Virus record (IMG/VR): IMGVR_UViG_3300025131_000013
Span: 1 to 64,000 of that record
Origin: a virus
Strand: one strand, 5' to 3'
DNA: 64,000 nucleotides
The position numbers were made by a program, and so were the translations under genes. Below are positions 1 to 9,378 of the stretch, piece after piece. The notes beneath the pieces are model-generated. The model ran no database searches and was not told where the DNA came from. It saw nothing but the letters and a program-made list of their open reading frames with translations. The stretch's first letter is position 1; each line of letters opens with the position of its first letter.

Positions 1-118
1 ACGAAGATGACGAAGATGACGAAGATGACGAAGATGACGAAGATGACGAAGATGATGACGATGACGATGACGAAGATGATGACGAAGATGATGACGAAGA
101 TGATGAGGATGAGGATGA
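1..118 (+). repeat. Coding (GAAGATGAC)n / GATGAC microsatellite encoding poly-Asp/Glu
   Basis: Directly visible tandem 9-mers and 3-mers. Confidence 0.9.
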
Positions 119-584
119 GCCTCCCGCCAAGCCCAAGGCCAAGGCCAAGGGCAAGGGCCGTCCCGACATCAGCCAGTTCACGAAGCGTGCTGAAGGTCCG
201 GTGGGACCGGGAATTGAAGATGGTCTCCCGTGTTGTGCCTACAACGCCCCCTGGCCGTCATCTAAACCACGCAATATTGCATTCGAGGAAATCCAGAAGG
301 CTGGCAAGAAGGGTCTGGGTAAGGACGCTTGGGTTGAGAATGTTGCCGCTCGGTTTAAGAAGGAGAAGCTCACCCAGTCTCCGACTTCCTCGGTTACAAC
401 CGTCCTGAAGGCTGGTCGTCGCGTGACGATTGAGCCCAAGGGCAAGGGCGAGAAGGTTCGCTACGTGGTTGTCTGGCCGCTGAAGAATTCGCCTGAGTTT
501 GCTGAGTATGATAAGGCCCAGGCTGCCGCCGCCAAGAAGGGTGCGAAGGGCAAGACGAAGGGAAAGGGCAAGTCCAAGAAGTAA
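3..584 (+). CDS. 5'-truncated acidic/basic putative winged-helix nucleoid-like protein (paralog A)
   Basis: Frame of ORF 201..584 is open back to the window start: (E/D)n tract, PAKPKAK linker, a domain shared with 5986..6564 and 18533..18862 (RNxAF/W..Q.AGK.G....W...RRV.I...YV.V.P), and a Lys-rich tail. Confidence 0.75.
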   Translation, partial: EDDEDDEDDEDDEDDEDDDDDDDEDDDEDDDEDDEDEDEPPAKPKAKAKGKGRPDISQFTKRAEGPVGPGIEDGLPCCAYNAPWPSSKPRNIAFEEIQKAGKKGLGKDAWVENVAARFKKEKLTQSPTSSVTTVLKAGRRVTIEPKGKGEKVRYVVVWPLKNSPEFAEYDKAQAAAAKKGAKGKTKGKGKSKK

Positions 585-618
585 GTGCTCTGACGCATGC
601 CCTGGACTTTCTATTAAG

Positions 619-655
619 CAAGGGACGGGTCCGAAATATGGCCCGTCCCTTGTTT
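619..655 (+). terminator. Putative intrinsic terminator
   Basis: Stem CAAGGGACGGG/CCCGTCCCTTG followed by TTT, just after the stop at 584. Confidence 0.6.
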
Positions 656-671
656 CACAGTTGAGGATGGA

Positions 672-2042
672 ATGCCTAGACTAGTAATAATTGGCGGGGG
701 AATCTCGGGTGCCTCTATGTTCTACCATATGAGGATTAATTATCCTGAATGGGAAGTAGTCCTCCTTGAGCGGGGAGACAAGGTAGGAGGGATCAATCGT
801 AGTATTGAAGTAGAAGGGCTGAGATTTAGCCTGGGCAGTCGCTACATCTTCGCTATCGACGAGTATACTAACGACCTAGTGAACGGCCTTGCAAACAATG
901 AATGCGTTCGCGGACAATCGAATCATTCCGTGTTCTATAAGAAGCGTTATATAGAGTTTCCTGTACAATTGAATACCTCAGGTCTTTCAATCAGAGAACG
1001 GGCAGAGTGTCTCTGGAAGCTATGGTGGAGAAAGAAGTGGGATAGCGAGACTATGTGGTCCTTTGAAGACTGGGCTATTTGCAACTTCGGAGAGGCTATT
1101 GCCCGCAAGTTCATCTTGAGTCACGTAACGAAATGTTGGCGGACGGATCCAGGTGAGATTGACTATACCGGATCGGCCAAGAAGGTGATGGAACCAAGAG
1201 TAAGGGATATGGTCTGGGGAGCACTCAGGCGTCAGAAGTCTTTTAAGAATCAGGAGTTCCTGTATCCCAAAGGTGGGATTGGGACTATTGTGGATGAGAT
1301 GATAGAGCGCGGTCAATGTATTGACGACAATAAGGGATATGGCTCAGTCAGCACTAAGTTTATGGTTCACTCGGTAGATATGAGTGAGAGACTGGTTGCC
1401 TCTGAGGACGGGCAAGAGGTTCCGTATGACGCCATAGTTTCGACTATCCCGATGCCTGGGCTAGTAAACTTGATCGACAACTCCAATATTGGAGTCCCGC
1501 AATCAGTCATCCTTGCCGGGGACAAACTTAGATACAATTGTATGGCCTCGGTGATGCTGGTATTTGAAGGAGATATATTAGATGGGCGCCAAGAGCATTT
1601 CATTTACGTTCCTGGAAAAGAGTATTGGTTCTCCAGAGTTTCAATTCCGAGAAACTTTGATCCTACTTCCTGCCCAGAAGGGTATACCTCCCTCCTGGTT
1701 GAAATATGTTACAATAGGGAGCAGAAAGGATTGCTCTTTAGAAAAGACTACCAAACGGAGTTGGCTACGAAGGTGGCTAAAGAAGTAAATGATCTGTTCC
1801 CGAAGCTCGACCTGACTGCTAGGCTTAAGGGCTTTGCAGTAGGGGTTATTGACCCGGCCTATATCATAACGGATGAGAACTATAAGGAGTCCAGAGCGGA
1901 TTGTTTACGGTATCTAGCTCAGAACGACATCCATATGCTTGGCCGCTTTGGGAAGTGGGACTGGAGTAGGATTGAAGACACTATCCCTGAGTCGAGGGAT
2001 CTATCTCATCAAATCGGTGGGAGGCTGTGGCTAAATGAGTAA
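672..2042 (+). CDS. FAD-dependent oxidoreductase (UDP-galactopyranose mutase / protoporphyrinogen oxidase-like)
   Basis: N-terminal IIGGGISG..LLE...VGG dinucleotide motif, YPKGGIG, VSTIPM, C-terminal GRFGKWDW. Confidence 0.8.
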   Translation: MPRLVIIGGGISGASMFYHMRINYPEWEVVLLERGDKVGGINRSIEVEGLRFSLGSRYIFAIDEYTNDLVNGLANNECVRGQSNHSVFYKKRYIEFPVQLNTSGLSIRERAECLWKLWWRKKWDSETMWSFEDWAICNFGEAIARKFILSHVTKCWRTDPGEIDYTGSAKKVMEPRVRDMVWGALRRQKSFKNQEFLYPKGGIGTIVDEMIERGQCIDDNKGYGSVSTKFMVHSVDMSERLVASEDGQEVPYDAIVSTIPMPGLVNLIDNSNIGVPQSVILAGDKLRYNCMASVMLVFEGDILDGRQEHFIYVPGKEYWFSRVSIPRNFDPTSCPEGYTSLLVEICYNREQKGLLFRKDYQTELATKVAKEVNDLFPKLDLTARLKGFAVGVIDPAYIITDENYKESRADCLRYLAQNDIHMLGRFGKWDWSRIEDTIPESRDLSHQIGGRLWLNE

Positions 2043-2943
2043 GAGACTCCTGTATGTTGAGCGGGCTAAGAAGAATCTGAATGCCACACATCGCCTCAAA
2101 GGGTTTATCCAAGCAGGATGGGAACCCTATCTGATCGATATTGCGAATGTGCGTCCCGATATAATAATGAAGCAAGCCAAGATGTTAGACCCTCACGCCG
2201 TCTTTATATCGGTGGCCGCTTCCTCTTGTCTTGAGGAACTGGAAGCCTTGCTTCCAAAGGCGTATATCTTCCTGTTCTTGGGAGATATATATGGTCCTTC
2301 GTTCAGGTATGTTGCGTCTTTGGTCCCTCATTTTGATTGTCTGCTGGTAAGTAACAATGATACCAGAATTCACAATTACTTCTTGAGTCGAGGGGTGAAG
2401 AGGGTTGAGGAGCATCAATGTGCTACAGATACTATTCATTATAAGGACAATGGGACCGAGCCAGACAAGGATCTCGTTTTTGCCGGGAATGTAGTCAGGA
2501 GAACAAAGGACTATGCCTTCAGGCGAGAGATGGTTACAGAGTTGGTTGATAAGGGGGTCTTGGGTGCTTTCGGTGCAGGATGGAATGAGAGAGCCAGACC
2601 TTGTAGCCTACTTCAATACCCGAAGATGATGACCCGAGGCAAGATCCAGTTGGTGATTAACGGGTTTGGATTCCTGAGGAATTGTTACTCAAATAGAACT
2701 TGGAACGCCTTAGCTATGGGCCGGCCAGTCCTTCACTATAGGACGAGGAACGCTGAGAGGTATTTCCGCGATGGATTTGACTTAGCTTTCTTCTCAAGCC
2801 GGGACGAGCTGTATTTGAAGATGAGGTGGCTCTTGGATAATCCGGATGAGGCTAAGGCCATAGGGCAAAGGGGGCGTAGGTTGGTAGAGAAGTGGCATAC
2901 CTACAAGAACCGGGGCGAGGAACTGTTGGAGCTATTAGGATGA
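2035..2943 (+). CDS. CgeB-like glycosyltransferase (Glyco_trans_1_2)
   Basis: DLVFAGN, FGAGW, YSNRTWNALAMG, LLDNPDEAKAIGQRGR..V...HTY..R; clear paralog of 36113..37126. Confidence 0.8.
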   Translation: MSKRLLYVERAKKNLNATHRLKGFIQAGWEPYLIDIANVRPDIIMKQAKMLDPHAVFISVAASSCLEELEALLPKAYIFLFLGDIYGPSFRYVASLVPHFDCLLVSNNDTRIHNYFLSRGVKRVEEHQCATDTIHYKDNGTEPDKDLVFAGNVVRRTKDYAFRREMVTELVDKGVLGAFGAGWNERARPCSLLQYPKMMTRGKIQLVINGFGFLRNCYSNRTWNALAMGRPVLHYRTRNAERYFRDGFDLAFFSSRDELYLKMRWLLDNPDEAKAIGQRGRRLVEKWHTYKNRGEELLELLG

Positions 2944-3129
2944 AATGCTATTTGGACTCAAGAAGTTGGCCCCGTTTTCAAGTTACCCTGACTTCATTCC
3001 GAGAGAGGCTTTTGAGATACAACAAGTGATAGGATGGATTATCTAAGGGAGGATTTCAAAAAGAAGGTTTCCCAGCAGTGTCGAGTGAAGGCGTTTACTG
3101 AATTTTTTTTTAGAGAGTGGAGGAAAGCA

Positions 3130-3948
3130 ATGGCTGGTGAATCAATAGGACTCACAGCATCATCTTCAGAGCAGTCAACGGTTCCGATAACAAACTCACC
3201 GATAGTGAAGCTGGTGTCTCCGCCAGATTCCTTCGATTGTCTTACTCAGATCTCGACGATGTGGTTGGCGGCCCATCATGTCGATCCGATTGCGATCCAA
3301 AAGACGCTGACTATCGAACAGATGCGGTCTATGATTTGGGACGAGGTGATCCCGATTCCTGCTTGGCAGACGGTGTTGGAGTGTGTTCGGTTTACGTTTG
3401 TGATCCACAATATGAGCCGACCGGCGCAGCAGCAGTTGACCCGACAGAGGCTTGGAGTTGGCTTCAATAACAACTCCCTTCGGATCATCAAGCTTGAGAC
3501 GTTCGCGGACGATGACCGGTATCGGACGCCTCCTGGTTTGAATGAGGAACAGCACAATTTATACCACAGCGCCATAGATCGGTCGCAAGAGGACTATGAG
3601 GAGCTTCTTAAGGCAGGTGTGAGTCAAGAATCAGCCCGAGGTGTCCTTCCTCAGAATATCCACTCGCCTACGTTGACGATGTTCTCCGATCTGCGCGCCC
3701 TCCGAGGGTTCATCTCCAAGAGGCTTTGCTACGAGGCCCAGGATGAGATGAATGAATTTGCTGTATCCCTTAAGAGAGAAGTTGATGAGTGGGATCACTG
3801 GTTCGGTGGACTGCTTTCCTTCCCTTGCTCCCGAGATAAGGAGTGTGTGATTGGTCCAGGTGCCGCTGAACGTTGCCCGCTTCCGTATGAGTGGAAGGGT
3901 GGTGCCAATAAGGGTGTTGTTATTACTTCCCATAAGGAGATCAGGTGA
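3130..3948 (+). CDS. thyX: FAD-dependent thymidylate synthase ThyX-like (variant motif)
   Basis: LE.VRFTF.I..MSR..QQQLTRQR..GF...SLR, GVSQESARGVLP, LRALRGFISKRLC..AQDEM; start at 3130 chosen after a purine-rich SD. Confidence 0.8.
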   Translation: MAGESIGLTASSSEQSTVPITNSPIVKLVSPPDSFDCLTQISTMWLAAHHVDPIAIQKTLTIEQMRSMIWDEVIPIPAWQTVLECVRFTFVIHNMSRPAQQQLTRQRLGVGFNNNSLRIIKLETFADDDRYRTPPGLNEEQHNLYHSAIDRSQEDYEELLKAGVSQESARGVLPQNIHSPTLTMFSDLRALRGFISKRLCYEAQDEMNEFAVSLKREVDEWDHWFGGLLSFPCSRDKECVIGPGAAERCPLPYEWKGGANKGVVITSHKEIR

Positions 3949-4012
3949 TCTTAGGGATCGTAGGATTTTTGGCTTTCTTTAGTTTGACAGTTTACGAGAA
4001 TGGGAAATAGTC

Positions 4013-4321
4013 ATGGTACAGCAACGAGAAGGACGTATACTCACAGTTACCCCTGAGAATTACCAGCAGATTATGCTTGCCGTCTTAAGGACCAATAACG
4101 CTGGTAACCTCAAACTTCTTAGCATACGTGCTGGGGAAGCCGGCATTGCGGACCCGAAGGTAATAGACAAGTTGACTGATAATCAATGGATGGCGATGCT
4201 ACATAAGCTGAGGGCCGTTCATCCGGAGCTTACTGAGGATGAGCGTGAAAGTTCTAAGGAATGGTGCTTCAAGAACGGGGTCTATCCAGGAGGGAATAGT
4301 GAGTTCGACGAATCTGTCTAG
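4013..4321 (+). CDS. Hypothetical protein
   Basis: ORF track; tightly packed with neighbours. Confidence 0.6.
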   Translation: MVQQREGRILTVTPENYQQIMLAVLRTNNAGNLKLLSIRAGEAGIADPKVIDKLTDNQWMAMLHKLRAVHPELTEDERESSKEWCFKNGVYPGGNSEFDESV

Positions 4322-5135
4322 GCCAAAGATCACCCTCTCTTACCAAGGTGGGCTTAAGGGTAAATCCGGTCCCAACGGCCGCATCTCTGTAAGTAAAAGA
4401 CCTAAGAGGATAGCCCCAACAAAGCGGACCAAAGCGTCCCGTGTAACTGACTTCAATATTCATGTTAGGTCTACTTTACCGCAAGATGTTCCTCCCAGTC
4501 ATATCTGTAATGGCCCAACCTACAAGCGTTTATGTACAATATCTGCTGGGAAGGGGACAGATCATTCTGGGGTTGGTCGGTGTAAAACTCATGAATCCAG
4601 GACAAGCATGACAGTAAGAAAGCAAGCAGAAGGTTTGGAAGCAGTCAAGAGTAGATACGGGGGTGGTGCACCGACCAACCTCAAAAAAGCCTATGATGAG
4701 ATGCTTTCAGATAAGGGCTTGATGAGTGTAGATGAGGAGATGGCTGCCTCGAAAGCTATGCTCAAGGCTATTATGGAGAGTATAGGTGAGGTTGACTTCT
4801 CGTCAGATGAAGGAACGGATAAGGCTTTGAAGTTCTTGAAGGCGTTCAAGGACGTAACTACTCTCAACCTTAAATATCAGGAGATCCAGAGAAAGTCTGA
4901 TTTCATCATCACCCTTCCCCAGTTCATGAAGATAGTGAAACAAATCGGTGCTATTGTAACAGAGGAATTAGAAGCTGTTGATCCTGTAGTCAAGACCAAG
5001 CTGATGAGGCGGTTAATTGCAGAACTGGATATTACGGGCCAGTCAGCAATGGCCTCAGAAGGGGCTGTGGATGCCCCATTCGATGTGGAGGATGGTGATG
5101 AAGAGGAAGGAACACAGGAAGTTAAAGTGCTCTGA
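4299..5135 (+). CDS. Putative terminase small subunit-like protein (HGGxSTG-type Zn motif)
   Basis: C-x8-C..SAGKGTDHSGVGRCKTH motif followed by a helical body; GTG start inferred. Confidence 0.5.
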   Translation: MSSTNLSRPKITLSYQGGLKGKSGPNGRISVSKRPKRIAPTKRTKASRVTDFNIHVRSTLPQDVPPSHICNGPTYKRLCTISAGKGTDHSGVGRCKTHESRTSMTVRKQAEGLEAVKSRYGGGAPTNLKKAYDEMLSDKGLMSVDEEMAASKAMLKAIMESIGEVDFSSDEGTDKALKFLKAFKDVTTLNLKYQEIQRKSDFIITLPQFMKIVKQIGAIVTEELEAVDPVVKTKLMRRLIAELDITGQSAMASEGAVDAPFDVEDGDEEEGTQEVKVL

Positions 5136-5367
5136 GTGTAAGCAGTTATCCGTAGGGTCAGCAAGAGTGCACTGGCTTTATATAGGATTAGCTGCTGTTG
5201 TCAGATCTACGAGTAAATCAGGGAACCTCTTTGTGGTGTCTGTTGAGAATAAGTGGTTTTGCTGTGGTGAGTGTTTCTCGGACTTCATAGATCGGAAGAT
5301 GGATGAGTCTGATCTGGCTGATGCTAAGACCAAAAAGTATTTGAAAGCAAGTAGAAAAAAGCATTAG
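5092..5367 (+). CDS. Small Zn-binding hypothetical protein
   Basis: CSEC and CCGEC motifs. Confidence 0.55.
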   Translation: MVMKRKEHRKLKCSECKQLSVGSARVHWLYIGLAAVVRSTSKSGNLFVVSVENKWFCCGECFSDFIDRKMDESDLADAKTKKYLKASRKKH

Positions 5368-5393
5368 GGTTCCAGATGAGGATTCTTTACCTT
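5365..5393 (+). promoter_or_regulatory. Conserved early promoter copy (TAGGGT-N17-TACCTT)
   Basis: Matches the 9-copy motif with a 17-nt spacer. Confidence 0.7.
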
Positions 5394-5435
5394 TAGATAA
5401 CGAGAGGAATACTGCGAACGAAAGGAGGTGAAACC

Positions 5436-5792
5436 GTGGCCAAACGCAGAATTAAGAGAACAGCTTTATCCTCGACCAGATGTCCATATTGTGACTCCAG
5501 GCTTAAGCATCCGCTTGGAACTGGGCCAACGTCCAGGGAGATGGTGAAGCTAGGTAAAGAGCTTGGGATGAGGTTCAGTGACGCAAACCTCAAGCATTTT
5601 GTCCGGAAGGGATTGCTCCCAAGACCAATAAAGCGTCCGATGGTTATGAACGGCAAGCATACCTCTATTGGTGTGTTCCCTAAGATGGCCGGCAAACGCT
5701 TACGCATCTTGGCTAAGATGAAGTTGGTTCTTCATATGAGCGAGGCCCAGATCATAGATAAGTTTAGGGAGAAAGGGCTGATGTATGAGTAG
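5436..5792 (+). CDS. Zn-ribbon + MerR-like HTH DNA-binding protein
   Basis: CPYC, NLKHFVRKGLLPRP; AGGAGG SD. Confidence 0.6.
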   Translation: MAKRRIKRTALSSTRCPYCDSRLKHPLGTGPTSREMVKLGKELGMRFSDANLKHFVRKGLLPRPIKRPMVMNGKHTSIGVFPKMAGKRLRILAKMKLVLHMSEAQIIDKFREKGLMYE

Positions 5793-5848
5793 CCGATCCC
5801 CCTATATATAAGGAGTAAAGAAGTGGTGAGGGGCAGGAAAAAAAAGAT

Positions 5849-5877
5849 TAGGATCAGGGTTGCGGCTTTCGTATACT
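5849..5877 (+). promoter_or_regulatory. Conserved early promoter copy (TAGGAT-N17-TATACT)
   Basis: Motif match with an upstream A-tract. Confidence 0.75.
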
Positions 5878-5985
5878 TAGATAACGAAGGAAAGGGGGCA
5901 ACTAAGCCCCTGAAGGGTCGAACGGTGACGGACCCTTAAGGCCATAAGGCCCACGTCGCCAAGGGTAAACCGGATGGAGGTCCAG

Positions 5986-6564
5986 ATGCCCAAGACTACA
6001 AGTCGTAGGCGTGCCCCGTCTTCCAAGAAAGCCGTAGATGAGCTCGAAGCTGAGCTCGACGAGGCTCTGGAGGATGAGGAGTTGGAAGACCTCGATGAAG
6101 AGATCGAGGATGAGCTGGACGAGGACGAGGATGAGATCGAAGCGGAAGCTGAGGTCGAAACTCCTGCGAAGCCCAAGAAGGACAAGGCTCCGAAGGGATT
6201 CGTTTGCGCCTCTGTCGTCGAGAAGCACGGTGAGGGTGAAGCGAAGCCCTGCTACACCGCCATCGCTCCGTTCAGGACTTCGCCTGCTCGGAACCTGGCT
6301 TTCCAGACTCTCCAGGACGCCGGGAAGTCCGGCCTGAGTATGGACGACTGGATCGGCGAGGTCGCGACCACCTTTGAGGAGCAGAATATCTCTGGCTCCG
6401 CTAAGGGGGCTGTCTCCTTCATCCAGAAGGCGACGAAGCGCGTCACGATCCAGAAATTGGCCGGTGGCGACGACAAGGGTAACTACGTTGTCGTCGAGCC
6501 GTTGGCCGACAAGTCTCGTCGGACGTTCAATAAGAACGGGACTGTGCGGTCGAAGTCGAAGTAG
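5986..6564 (+). CDS. Acidic/basic putative winged-helix nucleoid-like protein (paralog B)
   Basis: Acidic tract, PAKPKK, RNLAFQTLQDAGKSGLSMDDW...KRVTIQ...NYVVVEP. Confidence 0.8.
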   Translation: MPKTTSRRRAPSSKKAVDELEAELDEALEDEELEDLDEEIEDELDEDEDEIEAEAEVETPAKPKKDKAPKGFVCASVVEKHGEGEAKPCYTAIAPFRTSPARNLAFQTLQDAGKSGLSMDDWIGEVATTFEEQNISGSAKGAVSFIQKATKRVTIQKLAGGDDKGNYVVVEPLADKSRRTFNKNGTVRSKSK

Positions 6565-6571
6565 ATCAATT

Positions 6572-6655
6572 GGGGTAGAGTTCAGCCACCCGCGCGTTCC
6601 TGGCCATTGTGCCCGCGCATCGGAGTGATTTAATGCTCAGGTTGGACTCTACCCC
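6572..6655 (+). other. Candidate structured intergenic RNA element
   Basis: 16-bp closing stem GGGGTAGAGTTCAGCC/GGTTGGACTCTACCCC (2 G-U pairs) enclosing two small hairpins. Confidence 0.45.
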
Positions 6656-6675
6656 TTCTTTTGCCCGGAGAGGAT

Positions 6676-7197
6676 ATGCGACACTTCGCTATGATAAGCC
6701 GAAAGGCGGCAAAGAGCCTCATAGCAAAGACCAGAAATATCCCCTTGGTCTTTGTTGAGTCGAAAGAGATTAGTTCAGGCAAATCTTTCTCCAGAAAGGA
6801 GATTCTCAGAAGGGCAGAGAAGGTGGCTGCTAAGCGGGACTGGAGGGTATCGTTCGCAGAAAAGGTGGTGCGACGAGAAATAGCCCGATTGAAAGTGAAT
6901 TTGTTTAAGATACCAACTGGCGCCTTTGTTGGTATGGCCTATTCAGTCAAAGGCTACAGAATCAGATATGACCTGATTGAAGTGCCTTTTCCAGTTGGTG
7001 GTAGAGTGCTTTGGAAGTACAGAGCCAAAGATTGTTCTTGTCCTGCTGGTAGCAGAGGTCGTCGATGTTGGCATCAGGATTATACAGACTACATGCTTGA
7101 CGGGCTGACTACTATTCCCCAGAAGTATGGCCCATTTAACAAAAGGATGCTGAAGTATATAGTGAAGCAAAAACGGGAATGGAAAGCCGAGAGGTGA
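6676..7197 (+). CDS. SWIM zinc-finger protein
   Basis: CSCPAGSRGRRCWH fits CxC-n-CxH. Confidence 0.7.
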   Translation: MRHFAMISRKAAKSLIAKTRNIPLVFVESKEISSGKSFSRKEILRRAEKVAAKRDWRVSFAEKVVRREIARLKVNLFKIPTGAFVGMAYSVKGYRIRYDLIEVPFPVGGRVLWKYRAKDCSCPAGSRGRRCWHQDYTDYMLDGLTTIPQKYGPFNKRMLKYIVKQKREWKAER

Positions 7198-7218
7198 AAA
7201 TGAGGAGGTCAGGTCGCT

Positions 7219-7401
7219 ATGATGGTCTGGAGAAATTCTGTGACGTGTTTACCAAGCGAACGGGAAGACCTGAGGAAGGCAATATACGCATATGCCTTGA
7301 CGTTGAAGAAGGGTAGTGTTGAGCGCAAGAAATATGTTAAATATTATCAGGCGTTTAAGAACGCAGACGAGCGGCAAGCCGAGGATGTGAAGGGGAATTA
7401 G
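7219..7401 (+). CDS. Hypothetical protein
   Basis: ORF track; GGAGG upstream. Confidence 0.45.
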   Translation: MMVWRNSVTCLPSEREDLRKAIYAYALTLKKGSVERKKYVKYYQAFKNADERQAEDVKGN

Positions 7402-7404
7402 CCG

Positions 7405-7433
7405 TAGGTTTTCAATTGGGGATTCGTTACCTT
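7405..7433 (+). promoter_or_regulatory. Conserved early promoter copy (TAGGTT-N17-TACCTT)
   Basis: Motif match. Confidence 0.75.
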
Positions 7434-7503
7434 TAAGTAGGTAGGGAAACGGCCCATAGAGGGCTAATCGGACAACCTAACTTACGCCCAAAGGAGGGCT
7501 AAG

Positions 7504-7887
7504 ATGGCTAACAAGAAAGACCTCGGTAGTCTCTTAGAGCAATTCTTACCGAAGCTGAACGCCTTCGCTTCAGAACCGGAAACGGTGAGAGAGTCGCTCA
7601 GGAAGATCCTGGAGCATACCGAACATAAGCAGTTCTTACTGGGCCTAGAGCAGGCCTCCGATCCACTCGCTTTCGCCTACAATATATACCTCTGGACTCA
7701 GGGGATGACGAAGGAAGTGAGAGGGTCGGGCGAACTGAAGAAAGGAAAGACCTGGACGGAGAAGCAGATGAGCAGGGGATACTCTCCTGACGAGATAGAC
7801 TGCGACGCCGATCAACCCTTCACGAGTAACGCGATGATCGCTACGATTGACGGTCACGTTAGACTAGGGAAGATGAGACGTGAGTGA
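7504..7887 (+). CDS. Hypothetical early protein
   Basis: AAGGAGG SD; first gene after a promoter copy. Confidence 0.7.
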   Translation: MANKKDLGSLLEQFLPKLNAFASEPETVRESLRKILEHTEHKQFLLGLEQASDPLAFAYNIYLWTQGMTKEVRGSGELKKGKTWTEKQMSRGYSPDEIDCDADQPFTSNAMIATIDGHVRLGKMRRE

Positions 7888-8311
7888 TACGATCCTATAT
7901 ACTGACGCAGGGTGTAGGAAAGATCTATCCCTTGGATCGTATGCCTACTATGTAGATGACTCACTCAAGGGATCTGGCTCCTTGAAGGGTCGTGTGAGTC
8001 CTACTAGTTGCGAGCTACTTGCCGTTCTTATTGGACTGAAGCGACTCAAGAAACTTGGCTATACTGAAGTGATAGTTAAGACCGACTCCCAGTATGTTGC
8101 GGGGATAATGAATAACCGAGCACATTGGCTTTCTATACCGAGGGATGAGAAGAGCCATAGCCGGATGGTTATGAGGCTCTACCGAGCGATTGAAGAAATG
8201 GAGGTAGAGGCTATTTGGATACCAGAGAATAGCGAGCACGGGAATGAGGTGGCCCATCGAATCGCCTCGGCCAGACTAAGAGAGGTGAAAGGATGTACAT
8301 CAATATCTTGA
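7880..8311 (+). CDS. rnhA: Ribonuclease HI
   Basis: LYTDAG, ELLAVL, VKTDSQYV, WIP...HGNEVAH; the last acidic residue (usually D) is replaced by H. Confidence 0.8.
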   Translation: MSDTILYTDAGCRKDLSLGSYAYYVDDSLKGSGSLKGRVSPTSCELLAVLIGLKRLKKLGYTEVIVKTDSQYVAGIMNNRAHWLSIPRDEKSHSRMVMRLYRAIEEMEVEAIWIPENSEHGNEVAHRIASARLREVKGCTSIS

Positions 8312-8616
8312 CCGCTGACGATCCTAGACTTGATGGATGTAAGATTGTTTTGTCGGCTATATGTGAAGAGCCAGGAAAGGATAATGAGAACAATCCTGGT
8401 GGAGAGAGGATTGACTCTGGCCCGAAAGTTGTAGAGTTTGTTACTCATCAGGTGAACAGGTATGGTGACCGATACCTGGGACATTACCATGTCTTCGGGT
8501 CGAGCGATGATGATATCCCTGTAGGTCGCAGTGCCGAAGATGCGTTAAAGCGTAGTCTGGAGGACTTTTATGAAAGAGTGGCCAGGGACAATAGGCTATC
8601 GGCTCAAGGCGCGTGA
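8293..8616 (+). CDS. Hypothetical protein
   Basis: ORF in an overlapping gene chain. Confidence 0.55.
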   Translation: MYINILTADDPRLDGCKIVLSAICEEPGKDNENNPGGERIDSGPKVVEFVTHQVNRYGDRYLGHYHVFGSSDDDIPVGRSAEDALKRSLEDFYERVARDNRLSAQGA

Positions 8617-8905
8617 GAATCCTAGATGGCCCCATGTTAGCCGCCACATGGAGGTGTTTTGGGACAATAAGGGCAGATTCGTCTCCTATGTTTACTGCTA
8701 CTCTAAGGAGCAGGCAAAAGAGACTCTCAAGGAATTAGTTAGGCAGGGGTTTCCGGTTTGGACGATGACGAAGAACAAAGGGAAGGTGATAAAGCAATGG
8801 GATGTTCCAGATGTCTGGATTATCTACCTTTCTGAAACAAGAGTCCTGTTGAAGCTACATCAGAGATGGTATGAGAAGGGTAAGGTGATATGGCGAAGAA
8901 AGTGA
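8570..8905 (+). CDS. Hypothetical protein
   Basis: ORF with GGAGG SD. Confidence 0.55.
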   Translation: MKEWPGTIGYRLKARENPRWPHVSRHMEVFWDNKGRFVSYVYCYSKEQAKETLKELVRQGFPVWTMTKNKGKVIKQWDVPDVWIIYLSETRVLLKLHQRWYEKGKVIWRRK

Positions 8906-9102
8906 CGCGTATTTGCCAAGAGCCGGGATGCGAGAAGCGCGTCCGAGTGAAGTCCAATATCAAGAAAGGAGAAAAACCATTCGTCCAGTATATCTTTGCT
9001 CGGTGTAAGGAGCATGATCTGGCTTATCGAAAGGAACAGGATGATGACCAGGCAAGAAGCGATAAACTTGGACCACAGAAGAGAGCTTCATCACGTAAGT
9101 GA
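8890..9102 (+). CDS. Small Cys/His-containing hypothetical protein
   Basis: CQEPGC...RCKEH. Confidence 0.5.
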   Translation: MAKKVTRICQEPGCEKRVRVKSNIKKGEKPFVQYIFARCKEHDLAYRKEQDDDQARSDKLGPQKRASSRK

Positions 9103-9319
9103 AAGAAACAGAGAAAATGAACCGATCCGGTGTCGGGTCAACGGGAAGTGTAAGACCTGGAAGACTCGACCTGATGAGTTCAGACTCCCTGTAGTATATG
9201 GTCTGAGAGATTACTTCTACATCAACCATACCAATGCCCATGAGTGGGCTACGAGCGAGGAAGAGGCTCGCAAGCAGAACAGGAAAAATCGAGATCGCAA
9301 AGCTGCGGTCACCGTATAG
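9041..9319 (+). CDS. Conserved-looking phage hypothetical protein
   Basis: RVNGKCKTWKTRPDEFRLPV.YGL. Confidence 0.65.
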   Translation: MMTRQEAINLDHRRELHHVSERNRENEPIRCRVNGKCKTWKTRPDEFRLPVVYGLRDYFYINHTNAHEWATSEEEARKQNRKNRDRKAAVTV

Positions 9320-9378
9320 TTAGATAGCGGGAGGCTAACTGGCCTCTCGCTATCACTACATTTAAAGGAGGTGGTAGA

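Noticed and set aside
7-408. ORF MTKMTKMTK...
   Set aside because: Alternate-frame reading of the acidic repeat; the frame ending at 584 carries the conserved paralog domain
6572-6655. tRNA or hammerhead ribozyme
   Set aside because: No T-loop or anticodon arm pattern, and no CUGAnGA/GAAA core
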